A DNA stretch of 64,000 nt from an uncultured Veillonellaceae bacterium (GTDB lineage Bacteria; Bacillota; Negativicutes; JARBTT01). The notes under the pieces were generated by a model. That model was not told the origin of the DNA. It did not search any database and worked only from the letters and a program-made list of their open reading frames with translations. The DNA is taken from contig CAWDTA010000002.1 of NCBI GenBank assembly GCA_963805085.1, positions 1,504,001-1,568,000 of the forward strand. The letters are read 5' to 3'. Positions 40,768-50,295 of this stretch are shown here, piece by piece. The translations under genes and the position numbers were made by a program. Each line of letters begins with the position of its first letter. The first letter of the stretch is position 1.

Positions 40768-41747
40768 GTGAAGTATTGATTAATGTACAGAACCTTACCA
40801 AGTTTTTTACCGCCAAACGCAACTTTTGGGGAAACCCTACTTCTTTTGTCAAAGCGGTCGAAAATGTCAATTTCCAAGTGTACAAAGGCGAGACATTAGG
40901 GGTAGTTGGAGAAACAGGCTGCGGCAAATCAACAGTAGGGCGGACACTGGTTGGCTTATATAAACCGACCAAAGGCACTGTGACCTGTGATGGTGAAGAT
41001 GTCCACACAGCCATTGCCAGCTCTAATGCCATGAAAATGCGCCGCAAAATCCAGATGATTTTCCAAGATCCTTATGCTTCTCTCAATCCGCGCATGACGG
41101 TCGGCGACATCATAGGCGAACCGCTGGATATTCATAGACTGGCAAGTGGAGTGGATGATAGAACCCAGCGTATCTATAGACTGTTAAGACAAGTCGGGCT
41201 AGATCCAGTACACGCGAGCCGTTACCCACATGAATTCAGCGGCGGCCAGCGTCAACGGGTAGGAATCGCCAGAGCTCTTGCCGTAAACCCGGAATTTATC
41301 ATTTGCGATGAACCTATTTCGGCTCTCGATGTATCCATCCAGGCGCAAGTGGTAAACCTGCTGCAAGAATTGCAGCAGAAGTTTGGACTAACTTATTTAT
41401 TTATTGCTCATGACCTATCAATGGTAAAGCATATCAGTACCCGCGTAGCGGTAATGTACCTTGGCTCCTTGGTGGAACTTGCGCCCTGTGACGAGCTGTA
41501 TAAAAATCCGCAGCATCCCTATACACAGGCGCTGCTATCCGCCATCCCTATTGCCGATCCAGTGATTGAAGCCAAGCGCCAGCGCATCATTCTCGAAGGC
41601 GATGTACCAAGTCCGATCGATCCACCAAGCGGCTGCAAATTTCGGACTCGATGCCGATATGCTGCCCCGCAGTGCGCGAAAGAGGTTCCCGCCTTTATTG
41701 AAGGTGCCAATAAGCATTCAGTTGCATGTCACTTGGTTAATAAATAG
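40764..41747 (+). CDS. oppF: Oligopeptide ABC ATPase
   Basis: [24 protein letters not shown]. Confidence 0.93.
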   Translation: MSEVLINVQNLTKFFTAKRNFWGNPTSFVKAVENVNFQVYKGETLGVVGETGCGKSTVGRTLVGLYKPTKGTVTCDGEDVHTAIASSNAMKMRRKIQMIFQDPYASLNPRMTVGDIIGEPLDIHRLASGVDDRTQRIYRLLRQVGLDPVHASRYPHEFSGGQRQRVGIARALAVNPEFIICDEPISALDVSIQAQVVNLLQELQQKFGLTYLFIAHDLSMVKHISTRVAVMYLGSLVELAPCDELYKNPQHPYTQALLSAIPIADPVIEAKRQRIILEGDVPSPIDPPSGCKFRTRCRYAAPQCAKEVPAFIEGANKHSVACHLVNK

Positions 41748-41907
41748 AAAGATGTCTCCTATCCCTTAGCGACAATTCAAACTAGAACTGGAGGTGCAAA
41801 ATTTTTTTTACGGCAATTTTCGCTAAGTTAAATAGATAAATACGAGGTACCTGAAAATATATTTCAAAAATACTTTTAACAACCATTCTGGAGGAGAAAT
41901 ATTTATT

Positions 41908-43209
41908 ATGAAAAAAATATCAACACTTGCGCTGGGTTTAACATTTAGCCTAACAGGCATTGCTTTTGCAGCAAATCCTTTTGCCCTTGTGCCCACAACA
42001 AACTGGGAATATGATTCTATTGCTACTTTAGTTAATACTGGGGTCTATGAAGGATATCGAGACATTAATTTCAATAGAGACCAGGCTTTGACTCGCTATG
42101 AAATGGCTACACTAGTGGCCAAAGCAATGGCTAATGAACCAAAAGCTACTGCCGAACAAAAAGTAATTATTGATAAACTGACCGCAGAATTTAAAACTGA
42201 GCTAGGGAATCTGGGAGTTTATACAGAGGCAACTACTCCCGCAACAGCTGTTAGCACTCCTACTGCCGCTTCTACTCCTATAAAGCCTATAGAAATTTCT
42301 GGTTTTTATCGTCTCCGCTATCAGACATTAAAGGATAAGGGGAATTCTGCAAATAGCTGGCATGCATTCCAGTATAAACTGGAATTGGATGCTACTAAAA
42401 AACTAGCCAATGACTGGACGGCAAACTTTTCCTGGGAGGCTGCCAAAAGCTTTTATAACGAAAAAGGCCTATCGAATGGCACAAATACTGGAGACATTTC
42501 AATGGCTAATATCGCCGGTCCGCTTGCTGGCACAACCGCGACGATTGGCAAATTCTCAGACACAATTGGCTCCGGGCTGGTTTTTGATGATGAATTAAGT
42601 GGCGCAAAATTTGAATTTGGCAAGACACTACATACCAAAATATTATACGCAGACGCGGATAAAAATATTGCCGATTGCACATTTCCTAATAGCTATCTAT
42701 CCAGTTTAAACACGGTAGCTGCCCTTTCCTTGAGCTATGATTTGAGTAAAGCCACCACCTTCCTTACTTCATACCAGCACTGGAATTCAAAAGATGATAA
42801 CATTGATTCTATGAATGTTTATGATTTTAATCTCAAATCAAAACTGACCGACACGTTATCTTTATATACCACTTATGATAAAACAAGCTATGACAATGAT
42901 AATAGAGCATGGGTGGTTGGCCTTTCGTACAAAGAAGCTAACCCGGCTAATCCTGGTTCGTTTGGTGCCTGGATTGACTATGAAAGATTTGAAAAAAATA
43001 CTGCTATCGATACTACTTATTGGGTTAATGACGGCACTAAAGGTACTGCATTCGGATTTTCCTATATACCTTACAAAGATGTAAAATGGACCAATACTTT
43101 CTTTTCAGCCAAAACCTTACCAGCGAATAACCTAGGTGTAAATGGCACTAATGAAGCCGCTGGAGTAAGGCAGAACTTCTTCCGGTCGCAAGTATATTAT
43201 TTCTTCTAA
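41908..43209 (+). CDS. SLH-domain outer-membrane porin (OmpM-like)
   Basis: AFAANPF...TRYEMATLVAKA SLH, linker, beta-barrel pattern, terminal YFF. Confidence 0.88.
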   Translation: MKKISTLALGLTFSLTGIAFAANPFALVPTTNWEYDSIATLVNTGVYEGYRDINFNRDQALTRYEMATLVAKAMANEPKATAEQKVIIDKLTAEFKTELGNLGVYTEATTPATAVSTPTAASTPIKPIEISGFYRLRYQTLKDKGNSANSWHAFQYKLELDATKKLANDWTANFSWEAAKSFYNEKGLSNGTNTGDISMANIAGPLAGTTATIGKFSDTIGSGLVFDDELSGAKFEFGKTLHTKILYADADKNIADCTFPNSYLSSLNTVAALSLSYDLSKATTFLTSYQHWNSKDDNIDSMNVYDFNLKSKLTDTLSLYTTYDKTSYDNDNRAWVVGLSYKEANPANPGSFGAWIDYERFEKNTAIDTTYWVNDGTKGTAFGFSYIPYKDVKWTNTFFSAKTLPANNLGVNGTNEAAGVRQNFFRSQVYYFF

Positions 43210-43349
43210 AACAATATCATGTCAGGAAGCGGTATTATAAATACAAGGGGAAGGAGATCCTGTTTTGAAAGAAACAATACAGGATTCTGATACCAGTAGA
43301 AAAGTATAAATGAATAAGACGTAACCATTGTCTCTTTAATGTAAAAAGT

Positions 43350-43418
43350 AAGCTCCTGTTAAAATTGTATTTATTTAGCAGGAGTTTTAAGTTTATGGGG
43401 GAATATGTAAATATAATA
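43350..43418 (+). promoter_or_regulatory. Hairpin/sigmaH-type promoter (repeat copy G)
   Basis: GCTCCTGTTAAA...TTTAGCAGGAGT; AGGA-N17-GAATATGTAA. Confidence 0.7.
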
Positions 43419-43455
43419 AGGATATTATATTTATACTATAGCAGGAGGAATTTTC

Positions 43456-45429
43456 ATGTCTGAAAATCAAAGTCAGTCCAGTCAAACCCCAACTTCCACA
43501 CCCATGTCCCCGCATAAAGAGTATCAAGAAATCAATACATACGTTGTGTTTTGGGGATTATTCTATGCGGCAATATTTGCCTTGGCAATAGGCTATCTTT
43601 GTCTGAAAATAGGCCAGACGGTTGATGCTTTTGCTCCTGTTTCTGCAATGGCGATAGGCATGGCAGTCATGCTGAAACGAAAAAACGCTTTTCCAGAAAA
43701 TGTCCATATTCAGGCGATTGCCAGTGCGGGTACCAATGGTATCGGCGGTGCTATGTTTATTTTGCCGGCCTTTTACATTCTAGGAAACAACAGCCTTGGT
43801 TATTTTCAGCTGGCAGTACCAATTATTCTAGGCAGTCTTCTTGGCGTTTTGATTGCTGCTATCTTCCGGCGTTATTTTTGTGAGGAGATGGCGGATGCTT
43901 ATCCGTTTCCGGCTGGTCGGGCCGCTGCCGAAGTTCTAACCTCTGGCGAGGGCAATAAAGTCAAGCTCATGCTAGGAAGTGGCATTGTTGCCCTTATTTA
44001 TGATTTTATCCTCAACAGCTTTGGATGGTGGCAGGAAATCATTTCAAGCAACGCTTTCAGCTGGGGCCAGCAACTAGCTGATAAGGCGAAATTGTCCTTC
44101 AAATTGGATAGCGAGACGGCGCTGCTAGGAATTGGGTACTTCACTGGTCTGCGTTATGCCGCTATTATCAACGCAGGTTCTTTCTTTTCTTGGTTTGTCT
44201 GCATTCCGGTTATTTATTACTTAGCTGGTGAACATCATATGGTAGTTGAGGGTAAAGATATTCTCTTAGCCAACGCTCCTTTAAATGCAGTATTTCGCGA
44301 GTATGTACGGCATATTGGAATTGGCATGCTGGCTATGGCAGGCATTATTGGGCTCTTAACTATGTCCAAAGCTGTATCAAACGTAGTAAAAAGCGCATTT
44401 GTCGGCATCTTCAAAAAATCTAGAATGACAAAGCAAAATTTACTGCGAACCCAGCAAGATATTTCGATGCCTGCCATTATTGCCGGCATAGTTGGTATCG
44501 TCTTGCTATTCACCTTGTTCTTCCATATTTATTTTTCTCAAAGTATAGTTCAAACCTTGTTGGCGATGATAATTATTTCGATATTTACAGTCCTATTTTC
44601 AATTGTAGGGATAAGTTCAATTGCCCTTACTAGCACCGAACCCGTCTCAGGAATGACTATTTTTATGCTTATCGTTTCGGCGGTAGTACTGGGCAATGCC
44701 GGAATGCACGGCGATATGGGCATTACTGCAATACTAATGATGGCGGCATTTCTTTGTACCGCTTTAGGGGTATCCGGGAACTTTATGTCAGAGCTTAAAG
44801 TAGCGCATCTCTTGGGGGCAACTCCCCGAAAGATGCAGCAATGGCAGATGGTTTCTCTTACCATGACTGCTGTGCTGTCAATTGGAGTCATTTTATTGCT
44901 TAACCAAGCGTATGGTTTTGTTGGGCAGGATGCTTTACCAGCACCACAAGCCAATGCAATGGCTGCTATTATCAAGCCTTTGATGGAGGGGCAAAGTGCT
45001 CATTGGATGTTATATTTAGCTGGAGGATTTTTTGCCATAATTCTCTGGATGGTAAAAGTTCCGCCTTTAGCTTTTGCCCTAGGTGCCTACCTGCCAATGG
45101 AGATTAATACGCCTTTATTGGTCGGAGGACTTATTTCATATTTTGTTTCTCATAGCAGTAAAGACAGTGTTTTAAATTCCTTGCGGCTGGGCAAAGGCCA
45201 AACAATTGCTTCTGGCTTCATAGCAGGCGGCGCTATTGGCAGTCTGCTTAGCGCCATATTACGCATAATGGGCTTTAACTACTTTCTAGAATCATGGGCC
45301 CAATCCCCAACTGCAGCATATCTTGGAGTTTTGTTCTATTTACTTCTTTGCGCTTTACTTTATAAAAAAGCGATCAGTGCTAAAATCTCTTCGAATAATC
45401 CAAACGCAGCAAAGTCATTAAGTAGTTGA
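43456..45429 (+). CDS. OPT-family oligopeptide transporter
   Basis: YLCLKIG, PFPAG.A.AEVL, PVSGMT, LGATP, LPAPQA. Confidence 0.92.
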   Translation: MSENQSQSSQTPTSTPMSPHKEYQEINTYVVFWGLFYAAIFALAIGYLCLKIGQTVDAFAPVSAMAIGMAVMLKRKNAFPENVHIQAIASAGTNGIGGAMFILPAFYILGNNSLGYFQLAVPIILGSLLGVLIAAIFRRYFCEEMADAYPFPAGRAAAEVLTSGEGNKVKLMLGSGIVALIYDFILNSFGWWQEIISSNAFSWGQQLADKAKLSFKLDSETALLGIGYFTGLRYAAIINAGSFFSWFVCIPVIYYLAGEHHMVVEGKDILLANAPLNAVFREYVRHIGIGMLAMAGIIGLLTMSKAVSNVVKSAFVGIFKKSRMTKQNLLRTQQDISMPAIIAGIVGIVLLFTLFFHIYFSQSIVQTLLAMIIISIFTVLFSIVGISSIALTSTEPVSGMTIFMLIVSAVVLGNAGMHGDMGITAILMMAAFLCTALGVSGNFMSELKVAHLLGATPRKMQQWQMVSLTMTAVLSIGVILLLNQAYGFVGQDALPAPQANAMAAIIKPLMEGQSAHWMLYLAGGFFAIILWMVKVPPLAFALGAYLPMEINTPLLVGGLISYFVSHSSKDSVLNSLRLGKGQTIASGFIAGGAIGSLLSAILRIMGFNYFLESWAQSPTAAYLGVLFYLLLCALLYKKAISAKISSNNPNAAKSLSS

Positions 45430-45492
45430 CCAAGTTTTGAACATGCAAGAGTTAAAAATAAGAGCAGAAAAATCATTGCGATTTTTTTGCTC

Positions 45493-45855
45493 CTATTGTT
45501 GTTTTGCATCCCAAAATATAATATCAAGGGTTGCCTTAAGTTTTGCTTTATCTTCGGTGTTTAATGGGATGCCGTGCCAAAGAAGGTTTGGCTCATTAAA
45601 AATTTTGTCAAGATTGATAGATGGCTTTTCTTCGGAAAGAAGTGGCGGTGATGTTATGACATCACAACCTACTAAATAGTCTATGGTTACGTTGAAAAAA
45701 TTAGCAAGCTGTCGTATCGTTGCTAAATCTGGCTCGCGTTTATTTATTTCATATAAGGATAAGCGCGATCGAGAGATATTAGTTAATTGTGCTAATTCTT
45801 TTTGTGTTAATGATCTACGCTCGCGTAAATCCGATAGTCGTTCGCCAAGAGACAT
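45493..45855 (-). CDS. XRE-family HTH repressor
   Basis: LTQKELA...ISRSRLSLYEINKREP...VTIDYLVG. Confidence 0.92.
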   Translation of the reverse strand: MSLGERLSDLRERRSLTQKELAQLTNISRSRLSLYEINKREPDLATIRQLANFFNVTIDYLVGCDVITSPPLLSEEKPSINLDKIFNEPNLLWHGIPLNTEDKAKLKATLDIIFWDAKQQ

Positions 45856-45880
45856 ATAATCAACTCCTGCACATAATTAT

Positions 45881-45961
45881 ATGTTACATTTAAAAGCATT
45901 TAAATAATTGCTTCTAAAAGTTGCAACGAATATTGACAGCTACAATATGAAGCAATATAAT
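45881..45961 (+). promoter_or_regulatory. Consensus sigmaA promoter with three palindromic operator-like sites
   Basis: TTGACA 45933 - 17 bp - TATAAT 45956; TGTTACATTTAAAAGCA, TGCTTCTAAAAGTTGCA, AGCTACAATATGAAGCA. Confidence 0.75.
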
Positions 45962-46157
45962 AAAACTATAGAACATTTATAGTGTAGCCTTAAAGTACAT
46001 CAATAATATTTGCCAAATTCCCTATTTTAAAACAAGCGTTTAATTTGATTTTTACAGAACATATAACGGTATCTATTTGAAAGAAAATGCGCCATGAGAA
46101 ACGGTGAAATTTATGGCTATAAAATATGAAAGCGGAAAAGTCAGAGGTGAATGAGGC

Positions 46158-46610
46158 ATGAATTTTGAAGAGCCCTTAAATGAGACTTTAGTAAATTTAG
46201 AGTTGCAAGCGAAGACGAAAGCGGAAGCAATAAGGGAATTGATAGAACTGCTTTATCAAGAGGGAAAAGTCAATGATCGTGATCAGTTTCTGCAGGATGT
46301 GTATGAGCGGGAAGCAGAGGGGCGGACGGGGATTGGTAATCGTGTGGTGATTCGGTATTGTAAGTCGGATGCGGTGTCAGTAACTTCGATTGTGATTGGG
46401 CGGAGCGAGTGGGGTGTAATATGGGGCTCCTTCGATGATAAGCTAGTTCGTATCGTGATCTTGTTTGCGATGAGTAACGAAGACAAGACGAAACTGCATT
46501 TGAGTCTGTCGGGGCAGATTACGAATGCTTTGGCGGATGAGCAGATACTGGAGCGATTGCTCTCAACCGTGGATAAAAAAGAAGTCATCTCGCTGTTAGC
46601 GGGAGACTAA
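46158..46610 (+). CDS. PTS EIIA paralog lacking the phospho-His
   Basis: Open frame homologous to 16621-17076; IPHG replaced by IRYC. Confidence 0.85.
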   Translation: MNFEEPLNETLVNLELQAKTKAEAIRELIELLYQEGKVNDRDQFLQDVYEREAEGRTGIGNRVVIRYCKSDAVSVTSIVIGRSEWGVIWGSFDDKLVRIVILFAMSNEDKTKLHLSLSGQITNALADEQILERLLSTVDKKEVISLLAGD

Positions 46611-46630
46611 ATAAAGAGAGGAGGACGTAG

Positions 46631-46752
46631 ATGAAGACTGTAAGGAATGCGGCTTGTAGTGTGGAAAAAGGTGCATAGACGATAGAAAATGAAGCGCAGG
46701 TTGAAACGCGGGGGAAGAATTATATTGAAAATAAATTGACACAGGGGCAGAT
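46631..46752 (+). pseudogene. Decayed PTS EIIB 5' remnant
   Basis: GGAGGACGTAGATGAAGACTGTA...GCGGCTTGTA...GTTGAAACGC...CAGATTGA aligns with 17084-17254. Confidence 0.8.
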
Positions 46753-46830
46753 TGAATTGCTTCAAAAATTCGGGCGCCGTCCTTATATGAATAAATAATA
46801 CTTTTTATTGTCTTCTGTAGTTAATGGGGG
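46753..46830 (-). mobile_element. IS3-family end remnant
   Basis: TGAATTGCTTCAAAAATTCGGGCGCCGTCC resembles the IS3 end at 5772. Confidence 0.7.
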
Positions 46831-47132
46831 ACATATTTTTTTGCAGATTAATTTTGCTTTTCTAATGGTAATATAGCACTGTCGATAGAAGGTAGCATCG
46901 ATCACGTGCAGAAAATGAGATAGTAAAAATAGGCAAGGATGGATATGTGAAGATATCCAGCTCTGCCTATTTCTATTTGTAGGATAAAAAATCTATTACA
47001 TTTGACCTATCTTTATGGAAATTTTCAAATTCAAAGAAATATCTAAGGTTAAAGTAGTTAAATATAGAAAGAGAAGGAAATATATCCAGTAAAAACAAAC
47101 TTAAATACAAGTATAGAAAGGGTTTTGCAACA

Positions 47133-47402
47133 ATGAAAAGTTTATCAAAAAAGATAGTTGCTATTGCTTTAGGTGGATTCTTCTTAATGAGTGTCGGTTC
47201 GACTGTTACAGAAGCTTCACCTTTCCCAGTAGATAACGCCCAACAAGTTCAATTCCATGATCGTGGTCAACGTCCAGATGATAATCCACCACCACCACCT
47301 CCTCCTCCAAGGAAGGAAAAAAGACATCATCATGATAGGGATAGAAATCGTGTTATTGTGGGAGGAGCGATGATAGGTGCCGCTATGAATAACGATTTTT
47401 AA
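47133..47402 (+). CDS. Small exported proline-rich protein (paralog 1)
   Basis: MKSLSKKIVAIALGG...TEA signal, poly-Pro, hydrophobic Gly-rich tail. Confidence 0.8.
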   Translation: MKSLSKKIVAIALGGFFLMSVGSTVTEASPFPVDNAQQVQFHDRGQRPDDNPPPPPPPPRKEKRHHHDRDRNRVIVGGAMIGAAMNNDF

Positions 47403-47514
47403 AAAAATTTATTAAACAAAGAAAAATCCAAGATTAAAATAGTTATATATAGGTAAGGAAAGAAAATCATACCAGAATTAAAATCCTAAATATGATAGAA
47501 AGGACTTTGCTACA

Positions 47515-47760
47515 ATGAAAAGTTTATCAAAAAAGATAGTTGCCATAGCTTTAGGTGGATTTTTGTTAATGGGGATTGGTTCTACCGTTACAGAAGCTTC
47601 GCCAGCACATGGCCATAATGCTCCACAAGTTGAATACTATGATCATGGTGAACCACCACCACCTCCTCCACAAAGGGAAAAGGAACATCACAAGAAAAAT
47701 AATAATGGTGCTATTATTGCAGGGGCTATCATAGGCGCTGTTATTGCCAACAATTTATAA
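47515..47760 (+). CDS. Small exported proline-rich protein (paralog 2)
   Basis: Same leader; GAIIAGAIIGAVIA tail. Confidence 0.8.
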   Translation: MKSLSKKIVAIALGGFLLMGIGSTVTEASPAHGHNAPQVEYYDHGEPPPPPPQREKEHHKKNNNGAIIAGAIIGAVIANNL

Positions 47761-47788
47761 AATTATTTTAAATAGGGAGGCATATTCT

Positions 47789-48457
47789 ATGAGTTTTTTA
47801 TCAAAGAAGAATTTACTTGTTTTATCAGCAGGCGCTGTGCTTTGCGCAGGAATAATGAATCCGTTTATTGCAAATGCATCGCCAGACGATGGTTTTGAAG
47901 ATGGGCCTAATCCTGCTTTTCGCGTTGGGCAGCAGCAAATTGAACCAGATAAAATAGCACAAAATTTTTCCGATATGTGCGGAGTTGACAAGAAAGAAGT
48001 AATCGCTTATATGAACGAAGGGGTTCGTTTCAAAGACATATCCATGGGGGCTTTTGTAGCGAAAGCGAGTGGGCAGTCCCTTAAAAAAGTCATGGATGTA
48101 AAGATGGAAAATCCTGATTGGAGAGGCGTTACCAAGGCTTTAGGTGTTTCGGAAGAAAAGATGAAAGAGACTCATAATGATATTGTATCTACGATGTTCG
48201 AAGATAACTTGGATATTCCAAAAGAAACATCCTTGTCTCTTATGCAAAAAGGATACCAGCCTCGCGATATCGCTATAGCAAATGCATTTGCGGGCGACAC
48301 TAAGAAATCGATCGCTGATGTGCTTGATATGAAAAAAGTTAATAATAGATGGGAAGATGTAGCGACTTCTCTTGGTATTAACGAAGAAACTTTTAGAAAA
48401 GATATGGATAGTCTTAAGAGTGCTATTTTTCAACATGGACAATTTTACAGAGAATAG
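47789..48457 (+). CDS. Hypothetical exported protein with internal duplication
   Basis: Signal peptide (ANA); two repeats DI..A...A...V..MK....W..V...LG; RBS GGGAGG. Confidence 0.8.
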   Translation: MSFLSKKNLLVLSAGAVLCAGIMNPFIANASPDDGFEDGPNPAFRVGQQQIEPDKIAQNFSDMCGVDKKEVIAYMNEGVRFKDISMGAFVAKASGQSLKKVMDVKMENPDWRGVTKALGVSEEKMKETHNDIVSTMFEDNLDIPKETSLSLMQKGYQPRDIAIANAFAGDTKKSIADVLDMKKVNNRWEDVATSLGINEETFRKDMDSLKSAIFQHGQFYRE

Positions 48458-48549
48458 AGTTAAGAAAATATAATAATATTAGCTTTCTTTAAAAAGGATA
48501 TAAATGTAACTCCTACTGAATTTTTGTGGGGGTTACATTTTTTTTGTAT
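48412..48549 (+). repeat. Direct repeat (about 135 bp) copy 1: gene 3' end plus terminator
   Basis: Matches 55025-55158 (AATAGAGTTAAGAAA...TATAAATGTAACTCCTACTGAATTTT...GTTACATTTTTTT). Confidence 0.88.
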
Positions 48550-48638
48550 AAAGAGAAGATAAATTAAGTTGTCAGGTGGATATCATGAAGTTGAGCGAAA
48601 GTGAACCATATATGATATCGAAATAAATTGTACTTATT

Positions 48639-48707
48639 GCATGCATTGAAAGATTCACGTACGGTTCCATGAGAGCATAGAAGCGAAATCTTTCGTTGCT
48701 ACTCGAT
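48639..48707 (+). mobile_element. Group II intron 3' remnant (partial domain V plus domain VI)
   Basis: ATGCATTGAAAGATTCACGTACGGTTC, then GAGAGCA...TGCTACTCGAT with bulged A and AY end; 5' catalytic strand of DV missing. Confidence 0.75.
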
Positions 48708-48751
48708 TGAGAGGTCGGCTACGCACCATGGGTAGCCGACCTCTCAATCGA
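48703..48751. repeat. Perfect 20-bp inverted repeat
   Basis: TCGATTGAGAGGTCGGCTAC-gcaccatgg-GTAGCCGACCTCTCAATCGA. Confidence 0.95.
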
Positions 48752-48923
48752 TATTGCTAACCTTGTTAAGAAAATACTATATAGAAATATTTTATCAAGT
48801 CCGGATAGAATATTTCTATTATTTCAATTGTAATAAATCATCTATAATGTTATTAAACCAAATATGTTCTCGCAATGGACAGTACTTAACATAATTGATT
48901 TTTGTTGCTGAAAGGAGCTATTC

Positions 48924-50270
48924 ATGGAAAAGTTTTTTGAAAAGGTTGATCAAAATTTAAACCGTATGGTGCAGGAGGTCATTGAAATTTGCCGACAGCC
49001 CAGTATTGCCGCCCAGAATATTGGCATGATTGAGACTGCTGACATGATTGTAGCAAAAATGAATTTGCTCGGTATAAAAACGCAGAAAATGCCTGTTGAG
49101 AATGGCAATCCCGTGATTTACGGAGAAATCACGGGAGCTTTTGATAAAACTGTGCTTTTTTATGATCATTATGATGTGCAGCCGCCGGAACCATTAGATC
49201 AATGGATTAGTCCTCCATTTGAACCGGAAATCAGGGACGGCAAAATTTTTGCTAGGGGCATTTCCGACAATAAAGGGCCTTTGTATACTCGCTTACATGC
49301 TATCGAAACGATTATGGAACTGACTAGTAGCTTACCGGTAAATGTAAAATTTCTAATTGAAGGTGAAGAGGAAATTGGCAGTCCGAATCTGGAGTCTTTC
49401 GTAAAAGCTCATAAAGAATTGCTAAAGGCGGACGTTTGTGTGTGGGAAAATGCACATAAAGCCGAAGATGACCATCCGGTAATCCGGCTTGGCAATAAAG
49501 GAATGCTTTATGTTGAATTGCGGGTTAAAGCAGCTAATACCGATTATCACTCACGTTTTGCGCCTATTATTCCTAACGCTGCCTGGCGGCTGATATGGGC
49601 CTTGGGGACGCTGAAAGATGTTAACGAAAACATTCTAATAAAAGGCTTTTATGATCATATACGACCGATTCCAGAAGAAGAGTATGATGTTTTGCGTGCT
49701 ATGGCTGGTCAGGAAGAGAAGATTAAAAAACGTGCCCAAATTAAAGAATTGCTGAATGGTGTAGAGGGAGTGGAATTTGCCAATAAATTTTTAAATGGAC
49801 CTACCTGTACGGTATGTGGAATTTCTTCAGGCTATACGGGAGAAGGAGCAAAAACGGTTTTACCCTGCTATGCAATGGCAAAATTAGATTTTCGCATGGT
49901 AGTGGGACAAGATCCACATGAAATTTTGACTTTGCTGCGAAAGCATTTGGATGAGCATGGATTTACTGATATTGAAATCTATCCTCATAGTACGACCAAA
50001 CCATCTAAGACACCTATCACAGATCCGGTAGTTAAGATTGCCAGGGAAGCCGGTCAACTGGTATATGATAAATCTTTTATTATTGAACCATGCGCCGCGG
50101 GGACAGGACCACGTTATGTATTCAGCGATTGGACGGATATGCCAATCATCGGTATTGGGCCAGGTTACCCTGGTGCTCTAAACCATGCTCCTAATGAAAA
50201 CTTAGTGATTAGAGACTATTGCCAGGCTGTTAAACATATTATTGCTTTTCTCTATAAAATGGCGGAGTAA
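48924..50270 (+). CDS. M20-family dipeptidase/deacylase
   Basis: HYDVQP, RGISDNKG, EGEEEIGS, HAPNE. Confidence 0.92.
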   Translation: MEKFFEKVDQNLNRMVQEVIEICRQPSIAAQNIGMIETADMIVAKMNLLGIKTQKMPVENGNPVIYGEITGAFDKTVLFYDHYDVQPPEPLDQWISPPFEPEIRDGKIFARGISDNKGPLYTRLHAIETIMELTSSLPVNVKFLIEGEEEIGSPNLESFVKAHKELLKADVCVWENAHKAEDDHPVIRLGNKGMLYVELRVKAANTDYHSRFAPIIPNAAWRLIWALGTLKDVNENILIKGFYDHIRPIPEEEYDVLRAMAGQEEKIKKRAQIKELLNGVEGVEFANKFLNGPTCTVCGISSGYTGEGAKTVLPCYAMAKLDFRMVVGQDPHEILTLLRKHLDEHGFTDIEIYPHSTTKPSKTPITDPVVKIAREAGQLVYDKSFIIEPCAAGTGPRYVFSDWTDMPIIGIGPGYPGALNHAPNENLVIRDYCQAVKHIIAFLYKMAE

Positions 50271-50295
50271 TAGTTTCAGTTTGTATATAAACTGC

